DNA of 64,000 nt from Phoronis australis (taxonomy: Eukaryota > Animalia > Phoronida): contig NMRA01000006.1 of NCBI GenBank assembly GCA_002633005.1, positions 1,649,742 through 1,713,741 of the forward strand, read 5' to 3'. A program made the translations under genes and the position numbers. Below are positions 1-13,447 of this stretch, piece after piece. The notes below the pieces were generated by a model. It was not told the origin of the DNA. It worked only from the letters and a program-made list of their open reading frames with translations, and ran no database searches. Each line of letters starts with the position of its first letter. Position 1 is the first letter of the stretch.

Positions 1-31
1 AATTTCCATCTTTCAAAGGTTTCTAACATGG

Positions 32-125
32 TAACGGTGCCCGAATTTTGAGAACAAGTTTTCTCCACTGAATAACGGGCACGAAACTGGTTCTCAAAAG
101 TAAGGGCACGTTTTATCTGACTGTT
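32..125. repeat. ~100-bp hairpin element family A, copy 1
   Basis: ttttgagaacaagttt..tccactgaataac..aaactggttctcaaaa core. Confidence 0.75.
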
Positions 126-1127
126 GTCGCTAAGGTTGCTGTGAATGTCTGCAATTTTTCTAAACCTTGTGCCTTGGTAGCCATGGTTTTGAACTTAAAA
201 ATGACGAAGCATTTATTTGTTGCTACTTGTCTTGAACATGGGATTTCTCTTGTTTGCCAAACAATGTGAGATTTTACCACGCCACCTTGTAGTGGCTTTC
301 AGGAATGGTCCTCATGAAGTGCCCAGGAGTCAAGTGTTCCATTGCATAACACAGAGACTGTGGCATAAACACATTGAGAACTCAACTCTTCATTCATCTC
401 AATAAGTAAGCTGATGAATGCTGGTGTATTCTGACAGTGCATACTTGAAATACCCCATGAGGACTCCTGGGAGATGAGCCCTGTGATAGGTCATTGTCAT
501 CTTTATTGCCCATTGTGGATAGGTTGAATGACTTCTGACTATATGACTATGACTGCTGTTGAATGAACTACCATGACCCAGTCCCAATGGGGTTGTCACT
601 GGGCTTGATTTGATATGGGTTACTAGAGGGAGGGGGAGCTAAATAAAGGCCCATGGACCGTTAATTAATGTTTTCCACGGTTTGTTGTTTCCTAAAAGGA
701 ACAGTGTCCGCGAGTGTCAACGAAAGCAAATCTTTATGAGAAACAGTACAGAGTTTGTTACAGCATTTTCTAGTTACATATGAGTAACGTAAACCTAACT
801 GGTACACATACTATGGATGTTGCTGTCCGTGGTGTCAGTGGGTGACCGTTTGAATCTCGCCTACCAGTATGATAGATTTGGAGTGCAGGTGCTCATACAG
901 GATTTCAAAAATTGGTCATTGAAAATAGGTTTCCCCGATTTCTGTGGGAAACCATTGTCAGTAGCACCTGACTGCTGGTTGTATGATCCCATGCCAAAAC
1001 TGTTGTTACAGTTTTGTATGGTACATGTGTCTACATTACAGTTTATCCCATATTACATCATATCTTGACTTATGTTTTATGTTGTTAGCATGTTACTTAA
1101 CTTTACTTCACCGATTACCGTCCTCAT

Positions 1128-1350
1128 CTGGGCTTGGAATTTCCATCTTTTTTAGTTTCAATTTCCTCTTACTTGATTTCTAGTTCCTTCTTTTTTGTCC
1201 TTTTGTATCGTTATTTTGACCATATTCGTGCAAAAATGTTTACTTCACTTAAATTTTACAACACAATTTTTTTGTTTCACACAAGGGTATTTATTTATTT
1301 ATTTCACCTGGAAAATTTTCCTTTTTTGTCATTGGTCATTCCAAGCCCTG
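1128..1350. mobile_element. MITE family B copy 1 (CAGGGCTTGGAAT TIR, 6-bp TSD)
   Basis: ctgggcttggaat..attccaagccctg, flanks cctcat/cctgat. Confidence 0.75.
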
Positions 1351-3661
1351 CCTGATGCTGAACCTGGTGTTCTGGTTAAGGTGTCTTAATTTGAGTGGGA
1401 TTTCCATTTGGTTGCCTTGGACACTTGCTAAGTGAAGGCCTTGTTGGAACTTGGAGGATGTGATGAAGTTCAGCAAGCTGTTCAGGACCAGATTCCAATA
1501 ATCACTGTAAACTTCCGGCAATAACTGTTTGACTGTTGGTCACAGTTTATGTTTTTAAAGACAAGTTTCATTCCATGGAATATTGGCGCGTGTTTACAAT
1601 TAGTCAAATATGAACATTAGGACAAACCCAAAACACCAGGAAGCGTTAGCAATTCAGTCTTTATTTCAATGTCTTGCTGAAGATTGATTTCTTTTCTCTT
1701 TATGAACTTCTGTGTAGTATTATGTTTGATTTAACACCTTCCCCGCAGGGGTTCATTCTGGGTTTTAGGAATTGGGCGTCAAAAATGGGTTTGCCAAAGT
1801 TTCAGGATGTTTATGACCAATGACTTGTGACTGCAGTTGAATACCACTCTAGGTCAGATTACTGTTATAGTGCGGCATGTTTCCTGTGAAATTGTGCCAT
1901 TTGCCCAAATAATGTTCTTCGGACACGGTGGTCGATTTTGAAAAATTGACCAGTTCATGGTTTCATAAGAAGGGAGCTTTTGCATTAGTAATTGTCAACC
2001 TGTGCAGAATTTGCTGAGATTGAGGTTGTGCAGAGGAGAAATTTTTACCTCCCGATCACCATCAATAACACCCCCTACCTTGTTGCAAGCCCTCATTGGC
2101 TCTTCATCAAGTAACCAAAACTAACATTTTATGGCCTTTCAAATTGTCGAGGAGAAGTTTTTAATAACTTGAGGGGAATTTTGGGGCATCGCGAGGTGAA
2201 TTTCCCATGATTCTTCAGTATTGTTGAGATATGGTAATGGGACCGATATTCGGCCCCAAAATTGAGGGATTGAGGACCCTGGGTAACTTATTAGAAATTA
2301 AAACTCAAATCACATCTCCAAATTGAGAAATTACCCTATATATGTTGTTTACTGAACTTGTGGGTGATTGTTGAGATCACTTTGCATCATGTTGGCAGGG
2401 ACATGTTTCAGTCTACTAAAACTTACCTACTCATTGTGCCAGGAATAGATTCCTTACACCACAACAATTTTGTTGATTATCAGAAATGATACGGAACATT
2501 AAATTCTTGACACACTGCCGTCCAGCATCCATTAGGTGCTGCTATTTGTCTCTAGTATCCTGGTTCTACTCTTGAATTGAAGGCATGTTTTGTATTCATA
2601 ACTCTGATGAATAATTAAGTTATCTGATATTAGTAATATCTGCTATAGTATTAAATTTCATCTGCAGCTTGCTGGCCTGTTGATTAATTAAGACTGCTGT
2701 CTTGGTTAGATTTATTTCCTTGATTATTAATTAGTTTCTTGTCTTAATTACAAGCCTATGCTTGGTTGTTTATGAGAGGCCGGCACTGAAACATTAATGA
2801 AAGCTCATATTCCTTCATCCTTTGGCTACGTTTGAAGCTATTGTGCTATGAGAGAGTTCAGAATGGAGTGTTTGGTAGCCTGTAATTGCCTAGAGGAAGC
2901 AAATACTGTATTCTAAATTCTCACCAACACAACAAATCACTCCATCGTAATCGGATGCTAGGTTCGAAGAGCAAACGAGCTTAACCTGATTTGTAATAAA
3001 TCGGTTATTGTTGTTTTCGTTGTTGTTTTTTGAGGTCGTATCAAGAGAGATAATACCACTTTTATGATTGTGTTGTCTCATTGGCGCACTGCTGAGCATG
3101 CAGTGATCTGCTGAGTTGTTGCTTTCTCAGGACCTATTGCTAATGCTCCTCAGGTGTCTAATGTTTTTAAACTGACTCACAACATAATTCTTTGACCAGT
3201 CTTGGCTGAGTGTGTGAATGTGTATGATGTCTGTGGAATTCTTCCCAGTAATCTGATCAGTGTCAATGAGGTCTGTGTTGTGAACAAGTTGTTTTCAAAT
3301 GCATGAAATAAAGTGTGTCTAAGTGTGACCCTTGTAAGGTAGTAAGGTAAAATCTCCCCAATTTCAGGTAAAAATAACTGTCAAAATTGCTGTTTTTTCA
3401 TTTTTCAAACGCATCTAACACTGTTAGTGCCTATAGAGTTTCAAAACACTATTGGTAGCTGTGGTACAGAGCTTGAACATGGAAAAGTGTTGATTTGGTG
3501 CTGGTACGCATGTTTTTATGTCAAAATATGATAACTTCTGTAAGGTTTTACTTGTCCACAATGTTGTGTACTTAATTGGTGAGCGTGTACTTTATCTGCG
3601 TGTGAGAAGGTGAACAATCTCTAAGTGCTTGCTGAGTTGAATCTTCAGTGAAGGCTATTAC

Positions 3662-3930
3662 GGTAAAAATTCTTCAATTTTGAACAGAAATTGTTCTTAA
3701 AATTGCATATTTCTATTTTTCAAAATCTTACCGTGTTTGTCGCTAATGCTCAAAATTTTACCACGTGTTGTTTGGTAATAGCTACGCCATACAAACCATG
3801 CTAAAAGCAAAATTAATTTTCTCGTCTGCCATATTGTGCCCCAAAACTGAAGAAATTTTTATGTATGTTCACCTGGGTATGATTTTGCTGTTTCTCTTTT
3901 GCCAAATTAATAAAGTTCTTACTGTCAGTT
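3662..3930. repeat. Dispersed repeat, diverged copy at ~6689-6900
   Basis: Shared ggtaaaaa.tcttcaattt..aatgctcaaaa..tgtttggt..tacaaaccatgctaa..aataaagttct blocks. Confidence 0.6.
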
Positions 3931-6900
3931 TTTTCTGGAAAGAACTCGTTTCGTAATAAACACCACCACCATAAATCCATACACAGCGCGAATCACATGT
4001 ACGGTGTTGTGTTTTTGCATCCTAGTCCTACATTCCGCTCATTCACTGAAATTTCTGTACTGCAAAATCTCACAAATTTAGGATGCAATATGGCTGACAA
4101 CTGAAATTTTATTTTATCATTTCATTTCATAAAACATATATACCACAAAACTAAATGACATTCCATGATCAAGTTGTGTTCCATAGCTACAGTCACAAAG
4201 TTTAAATAAAAAGCCTTTGGAAAATAAAACGGGCATTTTTGGCAATTATTTTTGTCTGAAATTATTGAGTTTTTATTGTAGTTACATATTTTACTTGCTG
4301 AGCATTTTGCCATCGTTTTCCCAGCACAGGAATAAAAAATATGAACTATTCATGCAATGCTATTTCAAACATTGCTTAGAGTTTTCACACATGGCTCGAG
4401 ATTCCCTAAAGTAGCTCAAGATTTCCAAACATAGCGCAGATCTTTGCAAACACCATAAAGCACCCAGTTTGAACACTGCAACAGATATGGTGTTTGGTAC
4501 ACATGACATACAGTAGAGAACCGTCTCAAAATCAATAGATTTTCACATCTCGGTTGACAACGGCTCTGTGATATTTGGTGCAACATAGATTTTCAAGCCT
4601 TTCTGTGCTACACTATCAGATGAACATTTCTTGGATCACCAATCGGTCACGTAGGCTTAACGGTGATTCGACATGTTCAATTTCCTGGTATAGATTGAAA
4701 TGCCTGCAGTGTGATATAAAAAGTCATTTAGACATAGTTGTTCAAGGTTTTGGCTAAAGCTTAAACTCTCTGGTATGGCAGATGAAAGAGATGTTTGTAA
4801 ATAATACCTTGCTGTAAAATCTCAGCGATTTAGGACACAATATGGTGGATAATTTTTTTTTTCGTTTTTATAAACGAAATGTAGTGCTAAATAAATGCTT
4901 TTACAATTTTGAAAACCTGTACCATAGCTACAGTGATCCAATGTCTTAAGAGATTGTAGGTATTCTGATTCAAATCGGATGCTTTCAAAAATCGAGAAAA
5001 GAGCAATTTTGGCTGTTGCTTGTATGTGAAATTAGTGAGTGTTTATTGTAAGCCGTTTATTTTGATCCAACCATGGTATGTGGGGTGCTTATTTTCCCAT
5101 CATAGTAAGATTGCACCAGTCTCAAAAAGATGTGTTCAAATTTGACCTCTGGTGTGAATGACTCCTGAAAGTTTTCACTACCAGATATTTTTACTCAGTC
5201 ATTGTATTACATTATTTGTAGTTGAGGTGACTATCCACAAGTGTGTATATTTAGCCCTAATATCTTCAAAACTGTAGAGTGGGTCAGTGGACCATATTTG
5301 GACATTTTTGCAAGGTCCTGCATCACGTAATCAGTGACTATAGAAATCAGTGTAAATTTCTAATGTGACTGTCATTGGCTTTCAGTAAATTTTTAGCCAT
5401 TGTTCTACATTCTTGCTTGCCAATGACTGTTAAATCCTGACCTGAAGGTTCATGAGTGTTACTGGGACCTGGGGTCATGGGTCATCAATTATTTTACAAC
5501 AGGTGTATCTAATTTGTGGCGATGGTGGTGGACCCACGTGCCCTGGTCTAGAAGGGGACTTCTTTGCAAACATCATAACTATTATTTGGATTCACATTGT
5601 TCTCTTGTGTTAACTTTTGCAAAATCAAAAGAATTTAATGTTGGTCTTTTACCTTATAGCTGTGTTCCGATGAACCAAACACTGTTGTAGCTCCTTCTGT
5701 AGTCGTAACTGTTATACAGTCGTTATTGTTCAGACCAGAGTTATACGTAACCTTTAAACTGCTTTGGTGTGAACAGTGTTCGTACTATTCCCATTTTCAT
5801 TTTATTTTTGTTTGGAGATTATAACCAAGCATTTTTTGTCTTTCGTTATGTACTTGCCGTTGGAAATGATAGAATATGGGAAGTAATATTTTTGCAATAA
5901 TGTGTTAATCCGTGCTTATCTGACTTATATGAAGTGTGTCGTAGACCGATTATATCGGTTACTAATGGCAATTTGATTTTTCATAAAACATAATGTTGCT
6001 GTCGGGTAATCTGCTAACTTGTCGGGATCTATCTAGTCAAGGCAATCCATTGTTTTTTCATGCAACATGTCTATAGGACATAGTTCTTTCCTCGTGCTGT
6101 CTCAAATACAAGATTTAAACCGAGTATTGTGAAATTCTTCAATGTGGACAACAATAATTGCTGAAATGACCATTTTTCGCTCTGCTCAAATTTTCACCAC
6201 ATGTTGGATGGTAGTCCACACTATTAAACAAATAACTATGAGGTTAAACTTTAGTTCTATCTTTTACTGTTGTTGGGAACTTAGACAAAGTGAAATTCCT
6301 TGTCTCCTTTGTATTGTGTCCCTACTGAGCATAATTTGCCTGAAAGTTGCTGGACCCCAGTGTTTTGAATAAGGTGGTTAAAATTCTAATCAAACCAAAC
6401 TTTTATGTGTATCGAAACAAATCATGCGAAAAACCCAAAATTGTGCGTCCTTGCATTCTCTAACAAAAATTGCAAATCTGTTTTTTTCGGTGACTCCGAT
6501 TGTTTTTTTTGCGATTATTGTTAGAGTGAATGTTGGGACTCAGCTCTCAGCTTTGGGGGTTTTTTTGTACCCGGAGTAAAGATCATGATTCATTTATGTA
6601 AAATATGAAAAGTTCGGTTTAATTTAAAGTTTAGATATTCTCCTATGCACCTTTAAAGGTATTTCTGATGATGCTGTGAGTTTGCCTGTGGTAAAAAATC
6701 TTCAATTTGGGGAAAACTGCTTAAATTCTCATTTTTGCATTTTTCAAGGCAATTTACTGTACAACAATGCTCAAAAATTGGCTTAATCTTGTTTGGTTAA
6801 AGCCTCACTGTACAAACCATGCTAACGGGAGACTAAATTTTTCTTAAAAGTTAATCTTGTTCTGAAATTTGACAAAATAAAGTTCTACTTGTCCACCACA

Positions 6901-7116
6901 ATGTTTCCCATACTAAAGAGTTTTACAACACACAGTTTGCCAGCCTTCGAGAAGTGAGATCGGTTGCTTACAGGCAACAGCGGGAACCGGCCATCCTACA
7001 TCACCGCTTGCCACAATTTCGCAGAAATCTCGTTTTGAGTGCACGCAACATTTGTGCCGTATACTCCACCATGCTAGTCCGTAGATTTGAACTGTTCTCT
7101 TGTGTTTTCATTGCAG

Positions 7117-7195
7117 ACCTGGGTGAGATCCCAGACAACATCAAGTACTGTAAAAACCTACAAGTGGTCGACCTCAGTAGTAATCCTATATCCAG
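7117..7195 (+). CDS. scrib: Scribble exon, LRR (DLGEIPDNIKYCKNLQVVDLSSNPISR)
   Basis: ttgcag|..|gtaag, 79 bp, phase 1-2. Confidence 0.95.
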
Positions 7196-8684
7196 GTAAG
7201 TCTGCTTCCCTCCAAGTTATCCAATTACCCTTAGTGAGGCTAGTTTGAGGACTTGTTAGGCTGTGTTGCCGCAGCAACCGGGGTTGTAAATCTCCTGCAT
7301 TGCATTCTGAATATTTACCTTGCTCTGCGCTTTGTGCGTTTTTTGTAAGAGCAGCATTTTTTCTCCTTAGTTCGTGTTCTTTCTGTTGGATTTGTTGGGA
7401 GGAACATCGCCGTCTCAACAAAGCTAAACCCAATCTTCTCTTCTCTTCTTTGTACTCAACTGATGCAGTGGATGCATGGTAAATCTCCACCTATTTCACA
7501 CGAAAAGAATTGTCAAAATTGTCATCTCTTCATTGTTCAAAACCCAATTACTTTGCAAACAAATAATGAAAGCTTTACCAAGTCTTGTATCATTACATGT
7601 CTACAGTACGACCTGCACAAGTAATGGACTAAAAAATTTTATGTTTATTTTTCTAGTGAAATCTGATGAAGTCGTATTTTACTTGTCGGCCATGTTGTGT
7701 GCTAAAATGATTGCAGAATTAGCGTATTTTGATAAATCAATAATGGCTGCGTGGAATATGTTGTTGGTATTTTCTCAAGTGTCCCTTAACAATGTCAATT
7801 AGAAATGGATTAAAATCGTTTCGTTCTGTCGCAGAGAATTTAGAAATGGTATATTCGTAGTGGTTCTTGTGTTGGCTTCTGACCGATGTATTGCGCATTT
7901 TAAATTCATGATGTTTGAAAACCCGTCCCGTGTTGAATTCTCCTCTTTCGCTGAAGTAGAAAGATACACTGGCACCTGACAAACTTTTCAAATTTCAGGC
8001 ATTCCCTAGTTTATTAACAAGAAAAGACCAATTTGTGGTTAATTTCGATTTCCTGATGTCGGCAATGCAACTCAAAATGCACTACCAGTTTGCCTGCGTT
8101 ACAATGATGAATTACATAGTAATCAGCATATGGGATTTGTGGCTAGTGCATTTGTGTGCTTTTACACACATGTTGCATTGTGAGTAAATACTTCAGAAAG
8201 AGAGTAGTGCTCTGCTATTTTAGGACGGCAGACCCTGGGTTTTTTCGTTTTTCTTTGTCAGTACATTGACTGCTCGACTTCGCAGAGAACGTTTACCATG
8301 TAGAATGTTTCCGAGGGTAATATCCCCTCTCCTACTGTCGGAATCGCAATTTCTTTTTAATCTTCATCAACAGGATTCGGGCTTTCAAAAGTCAAACACC
8401 AGCAATGGGAAGTTTGTTAAGGCTTACCTTGCTTTTTTTCTAAATTTTACTTAAAAAAAATGTACGGTCACATGACCTTATTAATGTTAGATTGGTAAAA
8501 TGTCAAAAATTAAATTCTACAGGCAGGTTTAACCAAGTTAAAATCTGCAGTATTGTAAATATCTGGCTTAACTTCCAGACTAGTCCATTAGTTCTTACAT
8601 ATTCTTAATCTGATGAATAATATAGAGGAAATACACTCTAGCCCAATATTAAAACAAGACTGCTGTTGAATTAGTAGGATTACA

Positions 8685-8954
8685 ATAAAAATTCTCTAAT
8701 TTGGGACAGTGAAAAAATCATTTTACCTGAATTCTTGAAAAAGGCAATATTGGCCCTCTCAAAGTTATGAACCACTGGAAGTACGGAAAAATTATCAACT
8801 CTGTAGATTAAAAACACATTGTCCAAACTTTGACAAATTTGACTAATGCCAAAATCCCTCTTGTCTCAAATTCCAGAATCAAGAAAAATTCAATTTTTGC
8901 AGGAGTTTCTGTTTCCCAAATTCAAGAGACTGTCCCAAACTGGAGAATTTTTAC
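8685..8954. mobile_element. MITE with ~25-bp TIR; related termini near 3346, 3662 and 6689
   Basis: taaaaattctctaatttgggacagt .. actgtcccaaactggagaatttttac. Confidence 0.6.
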
Positions 8955-11406
8955 CCTAAAATCCACCAAAATATCTGTAGTAGTGAAGCACATACTGAGT
9001 GTTGCTCGTCAAGGTTTCGTGTAACCCTGTTACACAAATGTCCTATATGAGCCATGCGTACATACATCAAAATGTGTGAGGATTTCATATAGATTGATTT
9101 CACACAAACAGTTGTTGTTTTTTAGTGAAAATCATTCACTTTTTGAAAGGCTGTTATGAGCCAGCCATGCTTGTTTTTGCATAACTTGTCAATTGAGTCA
9201 AATCTCATGCCGAAGTTTTCCTACAATGCAAAGCCCTATTTGTCAACCACCCACACCGCCAAGTGGACATTTGTGTTCACTGTTTTGTCACATAAAGTCG
9301 GAATATATCATATTTTTTGTCAGAATGCAAAACGTAGCTCGCGTGTAAGCCAGCACCATTCGATACACGAATCGTAGCTCCAGTTCAAACTCCCAAACTA
9401 TTCATGTCTAGCATGTGTGCCAATCCAACACGAGATTGTCTGGGTTATAAGGCCTGACATGAGTTCATCGTAACTTCCTTAATTTTCTCGCAAATCCTTC
9501 CTAAGCCCCAATCTTTCGTCTAACAAGTGGCATCAAACATTTCTGTGTAGTTCCATACCTTTGATCTCTGCAATCGAACCGACGTCTGATCTAGTCTAGG
9601 GTTTCCTTCTCACCTGTATTTAAATCTACTTACAGCGAATTGCGTTATCGGCATTGGACAAAGCGCTTCAGTTTCAGTCTTAAAATAAGCTAATTACTCT
9701 TACAACTGACACATTTTGCATTCTTTTTGAAAAACTAAGCAAAAGACGGAAATTTGAAAATATTGTAACTGCCACAACTGTCAAGCGTAGTTTGGAACTC
9801 AAATTGTGAAGAAAACCATGAGCGTTCACCTCTTGGCACAAATATGCATTTTCCGCGGTTGCTGTTTGAGTATGACTTCAAACTTCGGAGCACAATATCT
9901 GAAGAAAGAGTCCACCAATTTTAACACGTCGACTCTAGTTTCACAAAATACATACTTTTATGGGTCGACAGTCGCTAGTTACTTAGATATTTGTAAATGA
10001 AGACGACATTTTAATTAGCGGTACACATAACCTTAAGCACTGCGTCAATTACAATTTCCTACTAGCCGTCTGTAATTCCCTACTAGCTGTCTTTATTAGA
10101 CGACAGTGCTTTTATTGACAATTTAATGTTGGTTTCAAATGGAATGCATTCCTCAATTGACTTCCTTGGTTTCTTGTTCCCAAGAGGTGCTTCTTAGATA
10201 ATGTTGGAAGTGAACGTTCAAGTACTATCTGTTGGCATCAATGAGATTCGTTTTCAACAGTAAACGAAACAACAAAAGCACCGCCAAATGTTCACCTCAT
10301 TATAAAAATACGATGAAGATCATCTCCGTCCATTAGCATTGCAGACTCTGCTGAGGTCTCTTATTTAGTCGCTCATCCGGGAATACATTAAATGCCGTTC
10401 TCGCCAATTTCCAATTAGCAGTGTTTTCGTGTATTAATGAGAATGTACACTAATGTAAAACCTTGACATTTTAAAGTACCATCACCGTCATAATGCGAGA
10501 TTATCCCGACACGTACGTGCAAATCCATCACAGGTTAATCATGGCTGTCGCTGTAACGTTTACATTTTTTCTTAAGGATTCTTTTGCATTCTTTATTGAC
10601 TATTACAAGCCATTAAGTGATGCTCCGCAATGTTAATTTATTTAGTAATTAATGAATCGTGGCCGATTGCCAAGCAGTTTTTGCGTGCTGTTTACGGTCG
10701 TGTTTTGTTATCGGAATGAGCTAGCAATTAATCAGAACTGTTCTGTTTCTGAGCAAGTGAAGTTCACCATCTAGGTTTATGATGTTACTTGTTCATTTTA
10801 CACAGTTTCATCCTTTTTGTGTTTTCCATTCTCTGGACTATGTTTAGCCACTGAAATTTGTATGAAAAATATTTTTCTTCAAGTTTTCTTCTACGGTGTT
10901 TGTGAATTTTGCGAACAATTGTGGTTCAGAGAAATCTGTCCAGTGTAAGTTACACCAGACATCTTCATTTTTCATTTTTTTAAACGGCTGACAAATTTGT
11001 TACAAGATTTAAAAAAGTGACGTTGTATGACCATTAAACAGTGCAAATCATGTGCTACCGATAAACTAAGTTTACTCAATGTCTATGTTTGTTGAGAAAT
11101 TTCTACCCCTTTTTTCACATTGTTTATTCAGCAGGTGAAATTTTAGTGTGTGTTTTTTTTCTCAGCAACCAAGTCGTTGTTGGCCATCTTTCTGAGTAGA
11201 GTACTTCTTGAGATTGTCAGTGCTTGGGTAAGAAGTCACTGGCATACCAGTGTGTCTTGACAAAACAATCCAGTCACAGCCAGGGCAGACAGACTATTGG
11301 AAAACCCACCCCATGATGTTTTTCTTTCCTCTCTACTCGTTAGTGCCAGCTGCTAATTAATTGTTGTTGTCTGGTATTCTGTATATGACTGCTGTCTCAC
11401 CTTTAG

Positions 11407-11496
11407 GTTACCGGAAGGCTTCTCACAGTTGCGTAACTTAACACACCTGTCGTTGAACGATGTCTCGCTCACAAGACTACCTCCAGACCTTGGAAA
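11407..11496 (+). CDS. scrib: Scribble exon, LRR (LPEGFSQLRNLTHLSLNDVSLTRLPPDLGN)
   Basis: ctttag|..|gtaagt, 90 bp, phase 2-2. Confidence 0.95.
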
Positions 11497-12884
11497 GTAA
11501 GTACTGAAGTGCTGGTAGTGGACGGGAGGTGGCTTTGGCTGGCGTTGAGGAAATATGAAACATTGATCCCTTTGTCTTTGTTGTTAGGATACCTGAAGAA
11601 AAGAGAATTCTTCTTCATCCTTCCCGGCCTTGTAGTTTAGATGGTCAGTCTGGTCTTCTGGCAAAGTCTGTGGTTCGTCGCAGTGATGCTGTGGGGCCCC
11701 ACAGTTTTACTTTGACACCAGACTGGGCCATGTGGAAAGAGAATAAATCTGTACATTTGGTTAACTTTGAAACACTATATCTCAGAAATGGCTGGTCGGA
11801 TTATTCAAGCGAAATTTTCAGATACTACTGTGTTTTGTACACCGTTCTCAAATGTTCCACTTTGGCATGAGGGGCTATCAGAAATTGGGATCTTTGGATG
11901 ATTTATAAAATTGTAACCAGAATTTTTGAGATTTCATTTCGTGCATTAATATCAACGGTGTTGTTATTGATATCATTTTTTAACTTTGACTGTACTGTGT
12001 TTGTTGAATTTTATTGACAGTTGTTACGGTAACATATCAATGGTAGATTGGCGTATTGTCAGAAATTAACTTGCGCATGGTTTCAACATTTCCTTCTATA
12101 GTGATGTAGATATTTAGTAAAATGCACTGGCTTTTTGATAAGGTCCCACAAACCCTTGTAAGCAAAATATCATCAAAGCGACATGCGTACAGAATCGGCA
12201 AAACACTGTATAAGTTAATTCAATGTACTGTTGTTACCAAACACCAGTAGGTCTTTAGAAATGATGTGAATATTGTTCTTTTTTGATTTATCTTTTTGGA
12301 ATAAATAGCCAGTTGTTTAATGTTGACTTTATTTTGGTTATGTTAAAAACATTTTTGTCTATCATTGGGCACAATCTTTGAGAAGAAATCTTCGTAGATT
12401 TGCACAGGCACACGACTTTTGTGTTCAGATGACATTCACTTGTTTTGTGATTGGCAGATTTGTTTTTCACACGATTCAAGTTGCAGTGTACTGTCACTTA
12501 ACAATACAGGTTACTTTTGTTTTTGAAAGGACTGTAGAATGCTCTTTGAAACATTCATTTTGTATATCTACCTATCTCTTGGGAAATTCCTTCTCAGCGT
12601 TGAATCCTGAAAGCATCGAGGAATTTAAAACTTAAACCAAAACAATTTAGAGAAAAGGAGAATTTCTCTGTGTTCTTAGCAGTGAACAGACATTCTGTTT
12701 GCTTGATTGCTTGAATTTATCTGCTTAAATGTACTTATCAGTAACAAAAGCCTCCGTAGGGCCGTAAACGACAGATCTCGTAAGCTTGTAGGAGTGTTGG
12801 ATACAGTAGTACAAGTCAGTTTTAAACAAAGATATTCATTCAAAAATCCACTTATGTTCGTTCAGTCATAGTGTGTCCTTCCAG

Positions 12885-13005
12885 CCTGTCCAGTCTCCTG
12901 GTGTTGGAGGTGCGGGAGAACCTGTTGAAATATCTACCGGCCTCGCTCTCATCTCTCATCAAGTTGGAGAGCTTAGATCTCGGCAGTAACGAATTCGAGG
13001 AATTG
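12885..13005 (+). CDS. scrib: Scribble exon, LRR ([40 protein letters not shown]), copy 1
   Basis: ttccag|..|gtgag, 121 bp, phase 2-0; identical copy at 13327-13447. Confidence 0.9.
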
Positions 13006-13326
13006 GTGAGTACTGATTAAAAAGCTACCGTCTTCGTAATGAAAAATTTAAAAAATCTGATGAAGAAANCGACAGATTTTGTGATCTTGGACAAATCTGA
13101 CGTAAAACAACTGGTGAACATTTATTTGAAAAAAATGTTCTCTGTGTAAAAACTGCAGCTTCAGAATATCAAGGTGGCATGTTTCTAAATCGTTTTTTTT
13201 TTTTTGTTTTTACTGTATCTCGTAAGCTTGTAGGAGTGTTGGATACAGTAGTACAAGTCAGTTTTAAACAAAGATATTCATTCAAAAATCCACTTATGTT
13301 CGTTCAGTCATAGTGTGTCCTTCCAG

Positions 13327-13447
13327 CCTGTCCAGTCTCCTGGTGTTGGAGGTGCGGGAGAACCTGTTGAAATATCTACCGGCCTCGCTCTCATCTCTCA
13401 TCAAGTTGGAGAGCTTAGATCTCGGCAGTAACGAATTCGAGGAATTG
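13327..13447 (+). CDS. scrib: Identical second copy of the 121-bp LRR exon (probably an allelic assembly duplicate)
   Basis: 12775-13068 is repeated at 13217-13510 with a single N at 13069 between them. Confidence 0.75.

Noticed and set aside
1-7116. Search for the first scrib coding exons
   Set aside because: No LRR-coding segment with splice sites found; this is probably intron, with exons 1-2 upstream of the window
7158-7490. 110-aa minus-strand ORF with a charged helical look
   Set aside because: Antisense reading of a pyrimidine-rich intron start; no recognisable domain or exon chain
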